Assembly: GCA_002368195.1 (NCBI GenBank)
Contig: AP018178.1
Span: 5,401,286-5,465,285, forward strand
Reading direction: 5' to 3'
DNA: 64,000 nucleotides
Source: Calothrix sp. NIES-2100
GTDB lineage: Bacteria > Cyanobacteriota > Cyanobacteriia > Cyanobacteriales > Nostocaceae
Part shown: positions 42,623-52,460 of the stretch, in pieces
Layout of the letters: each line of letters opens with the position of its first letter
How positions within the stretch are numbered: position 1 is the stretch's first letter
The notes under the pieces: generated by a model
What the model saw: the letters and a program-made list of their open reading frames with translations, nothing else
Databases searched by the model: none
What the model was told of the DNA's origin: nothing
Program-made: the position numbers and the translations under genes

Positions 42623-43975
42623 TCATAAAAACCCTGCTGACTCATACAAGCGTTTGAGCATGGCGGTAATCTTCACACCATAATCTAAATCTGCTGACCA
42701 GCGCCCTGATAACTGATCGATTAAGGGAGCAATACCACGGGTGACAAAACGAAACCGGGGATCGACAACATCGTTCACCAAAGGTTCTAAACTGGCGTAA
42801 GCTTTTAAATGTTGGATGTGCGCTCTCACACCAATTCTGGCACTTTCAAAAGATGCTGCTTGTGCACTACCGCCAATTGTACCTAAACCAGCAAAGTTAT
42901 TTTGTACTGGTGTAATATCACCACCAAAGCGTAAAAATCCGGTTTCAACACACATTTGACAAAAAGCAATATCGTAGTTGATCCCCTCTGTACTCGCTTC
43001 TTCTCGATAAAGTTTTGGGATGTCGGGAAATTGCACTAAACCATTTTCATTATTGTTTTTCAGAAATCGCTGTAATTGGTCTTCTGAAGTATTACCATTC
43101 GATACAATGCGGTCAAATTGACCAGGGCAAACTACTAAAATTGACCGCAAATTTACAGTGCGAGTTGCAGAATCCCAGCCAACAGAAACATTAAAATCTC
43201 GCAGTTCAACTGCTTTGACATATACTACTTTATGATAGGTAATTCGGCGAACTTCTGGGACTTTTGATAAGTCAACGCGTAAGCGGTCTGCCAAATCAAT
43301 GGGAATGTAAGCGTTGCCATTAATTAATATCCCTTGTTCTGAGTATTTTTGCCCGTTAATATTAATATTAATTGGTGGATAACTTGGTTCTGGGGGAGTT
43401 CCTTGATTAGGATCGATCGCCCGACTCCAAGAAGCCAATCCATCAGCAATTCCCAAAGCAAAATCGCGACGACGATTTTGGAGTAAAGAACGGTCTTCCG
43501 GACTACTGAGGAAACCTACTTGCATTAACAAAGAAGCGATCGCAGTCTGTCTGCAAAATACCAACTTACCCAATCCAGTATCGCTATCAGGCTTGACTCC
43601 CCGATTCGGTAACTGGGGTACACGGCGCAACAGTCCTAAAAGTAAAAGTTCCGCATTGCTTTTACGTTGATTATTGCTGGCAATATAGAACACACTAGCC
43701 CCCCGCACACTAGGACTACTAGCTGCATCAGCGTGAATTTCTAACGCCACATCAGTCGAACGACCACGGGAATTGATCCAGGCGATAGTATTGGCTGCAC
43801 TCAGGTCATCGGGAACTGCTAAAACTTCAAAATTACGCGCTCGCAATTCGGTTACAATCAAATCCCGCAACAGAATCATTTCTTTAGCCTCTGTTGTCCC
43901 GCCTGCGATCGTCCCTGGATCAATTCCCCCAGTTTCTTTGCCTCCGTGAGCAGCAGAAATAAAAATACGCCCCAT
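42623..43975 (-). CDS. Two-domain cell-wall hydrolase: N-acetylmuramoyl-L-alanine amidase (Amidase_3) plus a C-terminal glucosaminidase-like domain
   Basis: IFISAAHGGKETG...EIHADA is the Amidase_3 (AmiC-type) signature. The C-terminal YDIAFCQMCVETGFLRFGGDITPVQNNFAGLG resembles mannosyl-glycoprotein endo-beta-N-acetylglucosaminidase. Confidence 0.7.
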   Translation of the reverse strand: MGRIFISAAHGGKETGGIDPGTIAGGTTEAKEMILLRDLIVTELRARNFEVLAVPDDLSAANTIAWINSRGRSTDVALEIHADAASSPSVRGASVFYIASNNQRKSNAELLLLGLLRRVPQLPNRGVKPDSDTGLGKLVFCRQTAIASLLMQVGFLSSPEDRSLLQNRRRDFALGIADGLASWSRAIDPNQGTPPEPSYPPINININGQKYSEQGILINGNAYIPIDLADRLRVDLSKVPEVRRITYHKVVYVKAVELRDFNVSVGWDSATRTVNLRSILVVCPGQFDRIVSNGNTSEDQLQRFLKNNNENGLVQFPDIPKLYREEASTEGINYDIAFCQMCVETGFLRFGGDITPVQNNFAGLGTIGGSAQAASFESARIGVRAHIQHLKAYASLEPLVNDVVDPRFRFVTRGIAPLIDQLSGRWSADLDYGVKITAMLKRLYESAGFL

Positions 43976-44089
43976 CTTCAGTATTTCCTCTTGTAAGAAT
44001 CAGTCTAAGCAATCCTGTATATCATTCTTGGTTGAGCAACAACAATATAATAGCCATCAGGAGTCCTTGATCATTTGTCCTTTGTTATT

Positions 44090-44215
44090 TCTCCCAAGTT
44101 TTTGCAGAAAACAGCCCCAAGGAAAAAGAAGGGGGATGAGGGGACAAGGGGGACAAGGGGGACAAATGACAAATGACAAATGACAAATGACAAATGACAA
44201 CTGACAACTGACAAA
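44090..44215. repeat. STRR arrays (GGGGACAAG x3, TGACAAA x6)
   Basis: ggggatgaggggacaagggggacaagggggacaaatgacaaatgacaaatgacaaatgacaactgacaactgacaaa. This also generates the spurious ORFs 44057..44312. Confidence 0.7.
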
Positions 44216-44217
44216 AT

Positions 44218-46146
44218 ATGTACATCCCTCGCTTGCACCCAGATACAATTGAAGAAGTTAAACAACGCGCTGATATTGTAGATGTCGTCTCTGAGTACGT
44301 AGTTTTACGCAAGCGCGGTAAAGATTTTGTGGGTTTATGCCCGTTCCATGATGAGAAAACCCCTAGCTTTACTGTCAGTCAGACTAAGCAGATGTACTTT
44401 TGCTTTGGCTGTCAAGCAGGGGGAAATGCAATTAAGTTTTTAATGGACTTGTCCAAGCGTTCCTTTGCGGAAGTGACTCTAGATTTAGCTAGGCGTTACC
44501 AAGTACCTGTACAAACCCTGGAACCTGAGCAAAGACAAGAATTGCAACGACAGATATCTTTGCGCGAACAGCTATATGAAGTTCTCGCTTCGACAGCGCA
44601 ATTTTATCAACACGCCCTGAGACAATCTCTAGGACAAAAAGCATTACAGTATCTCAAAAGCGATCGCCTCCTTCAAGAAGAGACAATACAGCAGTTTGGC
44701 TTAGGTTATGCGCCCGCAGGCTGGGAAACACTCTATCGTTATCTGGTAGATAGTAAACACTACCCAGTGCAACTAGTAGAAAAAGCCGGATTGATTAAAC
44801 CCCGCAAAGAAGGGGGCGGTTATTATGATGTGTTTCGCGATCGCCTAATGATTCCCATCCGTGACATCCAAGGGCGGGTAATTGCTTTTGGTGGGCGAAC
44901 CCTCACCGATGAACAACCAAAGTATCTTAACTCCCCAGAAACCGAGCTTTTTAGTAAAGGTAAAACCCTCTTCGCCCTCGATCAAGCCAAAGGAGGGATT
45001 TCCCAACTCGATCAAGCTGTGGTAGTAGAAGGATATTTTGATGCGATCGCTCTCCACTCGGCGGGGATTAATAATGCGATCGCTTCTTTGGGTACAGCCT
45101 TAAGTTTAGAACAAGTCAAGCTGGTATTACGCTATACCGAATCAAAACAGTTGGTTCTCAACTTTGATGCTGATAAAGCGGGAAATAATGCCGCCGAAAG
45201 AGCGATCGGTGAAATTGCCGAACTCGCTTATATGGGCGAAGTCCAGCTAAAGATTCTCAACATCCCCGATGGGAAAGATGCCGATGAGTACTTGCATAGT
45301 CATAGCCCAGACGACTATCGCCAACTCTTAACTAATGCGCCCCTATGGCTCAATTGGCAGATTGAGCAAATTACCAAAGACCGTGATTTAAAACAGGCTA
45401 CAGATTTTCAGCAAGTAACCCAAAGCATAGTAAAATTACTTAAAAATATAGTTAACAACGATACCAAAAATTATTATATATCTTATTGCGCCGAAATCCT
45501 CAGCTTAGGAGATAGCAGACTAATTCCGCTACGAGTCGAAAATTTGCTGACTCAGATTTCTCCTCCTAACAGCTACTCTCAACCGATACCAATCAAGAGA
45601 AAATCGGAGAATAATAAAACTTCCCAGAGTTCATTTGCTGCTAGCGAACGCGGTTTGTTAGAACGCGCAGAAGGCTTATTATTGCGGATTTACCTACATT
45701 GTCCTGAACAGCGCCAAGCTATTTTCAACGCATTAGAAGAAAGAGACTTACAATTTAGCCTTTCCCATCACCGCTTTTTGTGGCAAAAGATTTTAGAGTT
45801 ACCTACACAGCAAGTAGACTTAATTTCAAATTTGCAAGATAGATATTTAGAATTATCTGAAGATTTGAGTTTAGTGTCGCATGTGTTTCATTTGAATGAG
45901 AAAAGTAAGACAGATGATATACTGCGTACTCCTCAACTTGTTCAGGCGGCGATCGCTTGTATGGAACTAGTTATGTGTGAAAAGCGCTATCGTCACTTTG
46001 AGGAACTATGGACACAATCTGATGAAAAAGCCGAACCAGATCTATATGAATATTATGGTACAAAGTTTATAGAAGAAAAACAGCGGTATCTCAAATTAAA
46101 CGCACAGCGGAATTTTTCTATAGAAGAAGTGCTGAAATATGCTTAG
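44218..46146 (+). CDS. dnaG: DNA primase DnaG
   Basis: CHC2 zinc finger (CPFHDEKTPSF), Toprim (VVEGYFDAIAL) and a DnaB-binding C-terminus. Confidence 0.9.
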   Translation: MYIPRLHPDTIEEVKQRADIVDVVSEYVVLRKRGKDFVGLCPFHDEKTPSFTVSQTKQMYFCFGCQAGGNAIKFLMDLSKRSFAEVTLDLARRYQVPVQTLEPEQRQELQRQISLREQLYEVLASTAQFYQHALRQSLGQKALQYLKSDRLLQEETIQQFGLGYAPAGWETLYRYLVDSKHYPVQLVEKAGLIKPRKEGGGYYDVFRDRLMIPIRDIQGRVIAFGGRTLTDEQPKYLNSPETELFSKGKTLFALDQAKGGISQLDQAVVVEGYFDAIALHSAGINNAIASLGTALSLEQVKLVLRYTESKQLVLNFDADKAGNNAAERAIGEIAELAYMGEVQLKILNIPDGKDADEYLHSHSPDDYRQLLTNAPLWLNWQIEQITKDRDLKQATDFQQVTQSIVKLLKNIVNNDTKNYYISYCAEILSLGDSRLIPLRVENLLTQISPPNSYSQPIPIKRKSENNKTSQSSFAASERGLLERAEGLLLRIYLHCPEQRQAIFNALEERDLQFSLSHHRFLWQKILELPTQQVDLISNLQDRYLELSEDLSLVSHVFHLNEKSKTDDILRTPQLVQAAIACMELVMCEKRYRHFEELWTQSDEKAEPDLYEYYGTKFIEEKQRYLKLNAQRNFSIEEVLKYA

Positions 46147-46350
46147 TATAAGCATCAAATATTGATGTAAGTAGGTGGGCGCTAAAAAACACAACTAAAT
46201 TAAGAAATGTAAATCGTTTAAAAGTTTATATTCTTCAAAGCGTTTCTGCTGCTTTACATAAGTTTAGGTAGTTCGGTTTAATTGTGCCTACCTACTTATC
46301 ACATTTTCGGTGGATAATAAATTAAGTTAATACTTGATTTTGAAACTTCT

Positions 46351-46809
46351 ATGGATGCTGATTCAAAATTCTTTCTATTGTTTGGTTCGATATTTGCTGG
46401 TGTAGGCAGTATATTTGCTGTCACAGGCATTATCTTTGTCATCAATACTCATTCTTTTGTCAGCACGGCAGAATCTATACAAGGAAATGTAATTGATTTA
46501 AAGTTACGTTCATCAACTGATAGTAAAGGTCGCTCCTCTTCTGCTTACTATCCAGTCGTTAAATTTACTCCAAGTTCGGGTGAAACCATTATATTTGAAT
46601 CCAATACAGGTAGTAGTCCACCAGCATTTAGTAAAGGTCAGCAAGTAGAAGTTTTATACAATCCTAAACAGCCAAATTCTGCCATGATTAATTCTTGGCT
46701 TGAGCTATGGTTTTTACCGGGTATGTTTGCTGGTATGGGGTCAATTTTCGTGCTTATTGGAGGAGTTGCACTATTTCAACCTTTGCGGAGGCTAATAAGT
46801 TTTAAGTAA
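46351..46809 (+). CDS. DUF3592-domain membrane protein
   Basis: Two flanking TM helices around a beta-rich core with the conserved ...YYPVVKF...G......S.......G..V.V.YNP..P pattern. Confidence 0.6.
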   Translation: MDADSKFFLLFGSIFAGVGSIFAVTGIIFVINTHSFVSTAESIQGNVIDLKLRSSTDSKGRSSSAYYPVVKFTPSSGETIIFESNTGSSPPAFSKGQQVEVLYNPKQPNSAMINSWLELWFLPGMFAGMGSIFVLIGGVALFQPLRRLISFK

Positions 46810-46820
46810 TTTTAAATTAT

Positions 46821-48086
46821 TTACTCCTCTTCATCCCAATCATCATCTTCACTCCAATATTGTTGGGGTGCATCACCATGAATTTCTAAAATCTTGGCTT
46901 TTTTAATTTTGTTATCAGAAGGTTCAATTGCTTCTAATTGCACATTAAATTTCCAATTATCGCCAAAATCATAAAGATAAGTCATGCTTGCACCCGGTTC
47001 TAGAGGTAAATCACCAATGCGGATTTGATCTGCAAATGGCGGTGATTCCATGTAGGGATGACCAATGCTACAAGTGCGACCAAAACGGTCTTTATAACTA
47101 AATTCGTATAGGTGATCGTCATCAAAATCAAAAGCATCAAGAATTGTCCCAGCTAACCAGCTTAATTCTCTTTTTGCTGGGATCGCAATCCGTCGCCAAG
47201 ATTTAGCAACGGATACTTTAAAAATATAAATACCATCAGTAAAGCCTTGCTGAGGGAGAGTCAAATTATTTTGCCATTCTGGGAAAAAAGGCTGTAAACT
47301 TGGCTGCAAGTGTCCAAAGTTTATATTGATATCTTCCTCAAACTTGCCTACAATTCCCACGGGAAAGAGTAACATGAATAGAGCATCACCAAGCGGTAAA
47401 CGTTCTACACTAATAATCCGCCATCCCTTACCTGCTTCGGCTTTTCCTTGTTTAATAGTTAATAATCCAAATAATTCTGATAAAGCAACATTATGCAACC
47501 CCGGATTATAGCCAAGAGTTTGTTGGTCATCATATTTGGTCAAGTTTAAGCCTTTATCAGGAATGTGCCCCCAAAACTGAAGACACTTACCTAGATTATT
47601 CCATCCATTGTGACGTTCACCTAAAACTTCATTATTTCCCCAAATTAACCAAGCTTCAAGTAAGGTGAAATAACGTTCTGTCAGGTTAAGGTTAGACCAA
47701 GATTCTAATACAGCTTCATCTAATACTAAAAATTGTTTTTTCCCTTGAGATGTGATTTGTCCGATTCCCGAACTGCGTAATAACAGATAAAGTCCATTAA
47801 TGTAAGGATATGATTTTTGTACAGGACGTTTCAGTTTAGTGTCGATTGGGTGACTTAAGCGAGAATTCAGTTCTGATAATATTTTTAAAGGTAGAAGATG
47901 ATTAACACTACTGACTTCCACGCCTTTTGGTTGGAGAAAATCGATTAAGGTTTGAAAGTCACGCAGAATTGTACCTGGTTGATTTTCATCAATACTTAGT
48001 TCTTTGAGGAGTTGTTGCTGTGACTCTGGGAGGGAAGGTAGTTCCTGATTCAGTGTCAGTTCTAGGTTGGCAAATAAGTCTTCCAT
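46821..48086 (-). CDS. Plasmid pRiA4b ORF-3-like (IS1096 TnpR-type) family protein
   Basis: C-terminal LYDFGDNWKFNVQLE matches the PRiA4_ORF3 DFGDxW motif. Confidence 0.6.
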   Translation of the reverse strand: MEDLFANLELTLNQELPSLPESQQQLLKELSIDENQPGTILRDFQTLIDFLQPKGVEVSSVNHLLPLKILSELNSRLSHPIDTKLKRPVQKSYPYINGLYLLLRSSGIGQITSQGKKQFLVLDEAVLESWSNLNLTERYFTLLEAWLIWGNNEVLGERHNGWNNLGKCLQFWGHIPDKGLNLTKYDDQQTLGYNPGLHNVALSELFGLLTIKQGKAEAGKGWRIISVERLPLGDALFMLLFPVGIVGKFEEDININFGHLQPSLQPFFPEWQNNLTLPQQGFTDGIYIFKVSVAKSWRRIAIPAKRELSWLAGTILDAFDFDDDHLYEFSYKDRFGRTCSIGHPYMESPPFADQIRIGDLPLEPGASMTYLYDFGDNWKFNVQLEAIEPSDNKIKKAKILEIHGDAPQQYWSEDDDWDEEE

Positions 48087-48164
48087 AATTAAAAATTAAA
48101 TTAAAAATTCAATTTAAATTTAATCCTACGAATCAAGAACTGGACAAAATTTAGCAAATGATGA

Positions 48165-48746
48165 ATGCTAATATTTTCGCTTGCTAGTTACAAATCTCAC
48201 AAATTTGATATGAACAGTAATACTCGCCTCCAGATGATTCTAGCTGACACACCTGTAGGGATGATTTTACCCGCGATCGCCCAACTTAATCTACCTGATT
48301 GGTGGTTAGCAGGCGGTGCGGTACGAAATACAGTCTGGCGCTTAATTTTTGGGGATGACTGCGAGTTAGTAATCAAAGATTTTGATATTGCATTTTTCGA
48401 TATCCAAGGCGATCGCACCCAGGAACTAGCCGCCAAAGCCACCCTCACACAACAGTTTCCTAATAACGAATTTGATGTGAAAAATCAAGCTAGTTTTGCC
48501 CGCTGGCGCGATGGCGACACAGCATACAATAGTACAGAAGATGGCATTACACAATGGTTACATACTGCTACTGCTGTAGGGGTGCGGCTAAATGCGCAAG
48601 GAAAATGGGAGTTTTTTACCCCCTACGGCTTGGATGATTTATTTAATGGAATTATCCGCACTACGCCTGTACATACTGATAATCCTCATGCGCATCAAAA
48701 AGCAGCTATTTTTTTACAAAAGTGTCCTTATTTGCGGTTAGCATAA
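48165..48746 (+). CDS. Nucleotidyltransferase-family protein (DUF925/NTP_transf-like)
   Basis: WWLAGGAVRNTVWRLIFG...VIKDFDIAFFD resembles the Pol-beta-type nucleotidyltransferase GG..R......DxD core. The start is possibly MNSNT at 48192. Confidence 0.5.
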   Translation: MLIFSLASYKSHKFDMNSNTRLQMILADTPVGMILPAIAQLNLPDWWLAGGAVRNTVWRLIFGDDCELVIKDFDIAFFDIQGDRTQELAAKATLTQQFPNNEFDVKNQASFARWRDGDTAYNSTEDGITQWLHTATAVGVRLNAQGKWEFFTPYGLDDLFNGIIRTTPVHTDNPHAHQKAAIFLQKCPYLRLA

Positions 48747-48812
48747 ATAAATTTTGTAGTAAGCACTTTAGTGCTTAAAAGGTCAGGACTGAAGTCCTTA
48801 CTACAATGATTT

Positions 48813-51137
48813 TTAATTATTAATTCTTAATTTGGCATGGTTGAGTTCACTTTCAAAGCGGCTATAGACAATTTCGATAGGATACCAAGTTGAAAACCAG
48901 TATAAATCTTGCATAACTTTGGCAGAGTTATTATTATCTACTTCAAAATGAACTAAGGCTAAATTATTTAAGCCTATTACTTCGCGTCCATCTTGAAACC
49001 AAGGTAATTTCCAAAAAGCTAAATACTGTAACCATTCCCATTTATGGGTTTTAGCTTGTTTTTTGGCAGTCATTAGCCATGAAACATTAGTGCCAAAGTC
49101 AGCAGTTTTTGTGCTAGTTCGGGAAATCCATTCCATTAAACCATGCCATTCGGGCGGACGAGGTGATAAAGAATCACTGTAGGATTTTCTGCTAGAAATT
49201 TCTACCATATAAGGGGAATTTGTCCAGCCTATCCATTGTCTAGTTTTTTCTGGTAACAGCCATTGTTTGAGTCTTGTATGAATGATTTGAGTAATCTTTT
49301 CTTCATTTTTAAAAGCACTAGCTGTTAACTGGACTAATATAGATTTTTTCTCAGAACCTAACGATTTTTTGGTATAAGTTAAGCGGACAACAGAACTGTA
49401 GTGAATGTCTCCAGATAACACAATTACTTGTTGGCGTTGCTCAAATAATGTGGTGAGAAATTGTGCTAAGGCTTCGTAATTAATATTCCATGCATCACCT
49501 ACATCTACACCATAAACTTTATCTCTTTTTAAATGCCAATGGTGAATCCAATCTATTACTTGTAAACCAAATAAATTTGTCGGTGCAATCACAAATGTAG
49601 CTTGCATTGGCGATCGCCCTATCGGTTTGTGTGTGACTTGTTCTAAAGGCTGGGATAGTTGCTGTGCAAAGGCTGGAGGCGATAGCAGCATTGGCGGCGC
49701 TATTGGTTTTTGATCGGCTGGATAACCGCGCCAAGTGCGTGTATCTAAAACTATGACTTCATGGCAAAAGCTGCGTACCGTATAATGCCATGTTAGGGCT
49801 TCTGGGTCTCTGTCTAGTACTAAAACTGAATCATATTGCACAAATTCCGGTAAATTTGTACTGGGGTTAATAGGCGGCATTCCTAAGTAACGGGCGATCG
49901 CATCCCACGCTTCAGCATTCATTCCCCCAGATGCAGACCAATCCGCCGCTGCTTGTAATAATTTCTCCCCTGGTTGTCCGCCTGTAAATTGCTTGGGTGT
50001 ATTCCCCCAGGCTTGAAAAACTGCATAGGCTAACAAAGCATTTTGCACTGTTCTCCGTCCCAAGGGTTGTCCTAAAACCCGCAAACACCAAGCTTGGTTG
50101 AGGTTCCAGTCATCGCTGACATCATGGTCATCGAAAATACTATACATGGGAATGTTCGCCAGCGCCCGCCGCACTTTCCACAGGGTATGGATAAATTGCT
50201 GCATATCCCGCACTTCTTTATCCCAACGGCGGCTGACGCGATGTCCATCCATCACCTCCCGCCCTTTGGGTAAGGTACTCGGCCAGCAAGCGGGAGACCA
50301 TGACAATATATAAGATGCGTAATATTCCCCCAAACTCAGCAGGTGACTGCTAACTTTGGCAGCTTTATTGTGTAATCCGGCGGTGAAACCTGCTTGATGA
50401 GTGGCGATTTCTGCCCGATGTCCGGGAAGCAGTTGCTTTGGGGTTAAATAACTGGGGTCGGCGGCTGTTTGCTGTGTCAAAGGTAACCTTTCTTCCCAAC
50501 CTAAAAGCGCATCGCCTAACTGAGAAGAAACCCACAACAGCGGATCGGCGACATCATCACCATAAATTTGGTCGCCTGTAAGGAAAAGCTGATGGGGTCT
50601 TTTGCGGGGCTGGTTGGCGGCTGACTCAATCAAGCAATCGAGAATTGGTAACGCATCAAAGCCATCACCGTGAGGTTTACGACAGGAACCATGCACAATC
50701 CGCAAATCTTGTAAATCCGTTGGCGGGAGGACAAATGTGGGTTTTTGATGGTCAAAATAGCTGATGTTCACAGCGGGAAAGCGGCTAGAACATAAAGCTT
50801 GCTGCAATGTTTGCGGCTGGGAAGACTCCTCAATAAATTGTAGGTCGTAGGCGTAGATGCGATCGCTACTTAATAAATAACTACCCGCAGATTCCGCCGT
50901 TACTGCCACAATATGCAGCGATTTTCCCAGGGCAAAAGTAGAACGTCTTCCCTCTAACAGCAGATTTGTGATTAACTCACCGTGATTTGCTGTGTCATAA
51001 ATCTGGAGTACCACCTCACAAGGACGTTTCAACGCCACCCAGACTGTAACTGAGTCGGATTCTGTATGTTGTAATATAGGCCCCGCCAGAATTAGCGGCA
51101 ATTCTTGTAAAAACTCTGCTCCAAATAAATCGTTCAT
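48813..51137 (-). CDS. PhoD-like metallophosphatase (alkaline phosphatase D family), large form
   Basis: LTGDQIYGDD, IFDDHDVSDDWN and VLSGDIHYSS are PhoD/calcineurin-like motifs. Confidence 0.7.
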   Translation of the reverse strand: MNDLFGAEFLQELPLILAGPILQHTESDSVTVWVALKRPCEVVLQIYDTANHGELITNLLLEGRRSTFALGKSLHIVAVTAESAGSYLLSSDRIYAYDLQFIEESSQPQTLQQALCSSRFPAVNISYFDHQKPTFVLPPTDLQDLRIVHGSCRKPHGDGFDALPILDCLIESAANQPRKRPHQLFLTGDQIYGDDVADPLLWVSSQLGDALLGWEERLPLTQQTAADPSYLTPKQLLPGHRAEIATHQAGFTAGLHNKAAKVSSHLLSLGEYYASYILSWSPACWPSTLPKGREVMDGHRVSRRWDKEVRDMQQFIHTLWKVRRALANIPMYSIFDDHDVSDDWNLNQAWCLRVLGQPLGRRTVQNALLAYAVFQAWGNTPKQFTGGQPGEKLLQAAADWSASGGMNAEAWDAIARYLGMPPINPSTNLPEFVQYDSVLVLDRDPEALTWHYTVRSFCHEVIVLDTRTWRGYPADQKPIAPPMLLSPPAFAQQLSQPLEQVTHKPIGRSPMQATFVIAPTNLFGLQVIDWIHHWHLKRDKVYGVDVGDAWNINYEALAQFLTTLFEQRQQVIVLSGDIHYSSVVRLTYTKKSLGSEKKSILVQLTASAFKNEEKITQIIHTRLKQWLLPEKTRQWIGWTNSPYMVEISSRKSYSDSLSPRPPEWHGLMEWISRTSTKTADFGTNVSWLMTAKKQAKTHKWEWLQYLAFWKLPWFQDGREVIGLNNLALVHFEVDNNNSAKVMQDLYWFSTWYPIEIVYSRFESELNHAKLRINN

Positions 51138-51318
51138 TGCTAACTATGCAAGCCTTGTTTCCATCGTATTGCTATAGTCGCGCATTTTCTGCTGCAAAAT
51201 ATTGACGATAAACTGCTTCTATGATACAAATGTACTATTAAACAGTGCGATTTTGCAGCAGAATTTAATACTCTCAACAGATAAATAGCATTTTTAACCC
51301 CACAGGAGAGCAAAATAA

Positions 51319-51726
51319 ATGAGACTATCTAAAATGGACTTGAGTAGCCTGATTGCGATCGCTCATGCTGACGGACATTTACAATTATTGCTCGATCGCG
51401 GCGACGAAATAGAACTTTTAGAGATTCCCGCACCAGTTCAAGCTTTTGAGGGGTTGGTAGAACTGAACGAGATTATAGCGGAACCTGTGGCGCTTCCTGA
51501 ATATGAAGAACCGATTGCGTTGTTACCTGTGAGTTCATCAATGGCGGCTAGCATTGCTTACGATAGTCACGAGCAAACTTTGCAGGTTGAGTTCAAGAGT
51601 GGGGCAGTTTATGAGTATTCTGGGGTAGATGAGGAGACATGGGAAGATTTTTACTCGGCTGATTCCGTTGGTAGTTTTTATAATCAGCAAATTAAAGGGA
51701 GATTTGACTGCGAAAGGATAGGGTGA
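51319..51726 (+). CDS. KTSC-domain protein
   Basis: C-terminal SIAYDSHEQTLQVEFKSGAVYEYSGVDEETWEDFYSADSVGSFYNQQIKGRF matches the KTSC domain pattern. Confidence 0.6.
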   Translation: MRLSKMDLSSLIAIAHADGHLQLLLDRGDEIELLEIPAPVQAFEGLVELNEIIAEPVALPEYEEPIALLPVSSSMAASIAYDSHEQTLQVEFKSGAVYEYSGVDEETWEDFYSADSVGSFYNQQIKGRFDCERIG

Positions 51727-51797
51727 GAGGGAAAATATTTCATCTTTCGCTTACCCGAAATAACGCCCGCAGGCTAGAAGCCTGGGGCTATCGATAC

Positions 51798-51845
51798 AAA
51801 GCCCACCTTCGTGGGCTGTTTTTAGCCCACGAAGGTGGGCTTTGT
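51798..51845. terminator. Bidirectional Rho-independent terminator formed by twin mirror-image hairpins
   Basis: aaagcccaccttcgtgggctgtttttagcccacgaaggtgggctttgtt: two 7-bp-stem hairpins, each followed by a T-run on its own strand. Confidence 0.7.
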
Positions 51846-52059
51846 TCGATTAGCCGCACCCTTCTAGGGTGACGGCGGTCTGTTGGGTAAGCGAGGGGTT
51901 TTACCTCTGAGTCGCCAGTAGTATCTTTAAACAGGAGTAGGTTAAATCCAATTCTCCATTATTAATTACGTGATTCGCCGGGAAAAATCACCAACTGTTC
52001 ACCTTCAGAAGGCGGAATTTGCACCTCAAAGCATGAAGGTTGAAGTTCAAAACCTGAAG

Positions 52060-52235
52060 CTTGCAGCTTTTATCCTCAACGTTGCGGCTTTGATGTCGGA
52101 AATTGCGGCTTTTATCTCGAACGTTGCGCCTTTTTGCTTGAACGTTGCAGCTTTTATCCTCAACGTTGCGGCTTTGATGCGGAAATTTGCGGCTTTTATC
52201 TTCAACGTTGCAGCTTTTTGCTGGAAAGGTGAGAA
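52060..52235. repeat. Tandem array of 8 x 21-bp units (CGTTGCRGCTTTTATCYTSAA) carrying the palindrome CAACGTTG at each junction
   Basis: Read directly from the sequence. The repeat accounts for ORFs 51970..52299 (+) and 52047..52277 (-) with NVAAFIL/KAATLKI periodicity. Confidence 0.8.
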
Positions 52236-52460
52236 AATGAGCAAGAGCGATGCCTGCGGCGGGCTACGCCTACGCACTTTGATGGCAACTTATGAGTGAA
52301 TTAGCAATAGTCATGGTGATGGGAAGGAAATTAAAAAAGGCGATCGCAGCGATCGCGGCTTGTTTTGCTTCGCTTGCTATGAAAATTGCCTAACCGGACT
52401 CCCTATTATCCCCATTCACCACAACTGACTCAAACAAAATCCGCATTTCTTAATTACGAA

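Noticed and set aside
44057-44312. Three overlapping minus-strand ORFs upstream of dnaG
   Set aside because: They translate STRR heptamer repeats (TGACAAA/GGGGACAAG) into low-complexity peptides ([13 protein letters not shown]) and are not genes. Similar spurious ORFs occur at 55982..56380 and 56014..56265.
51970-52299. ORFs 51970..52299 (+) and 52047..52277 (-) as protein-coding genes
   Set aside because: Both are periodic read-throughs of the 21-bp tandem repeat (NVAAFIL / KAATLKI heptad periodicity). They lie on both strands over the same DNA and have no start context.
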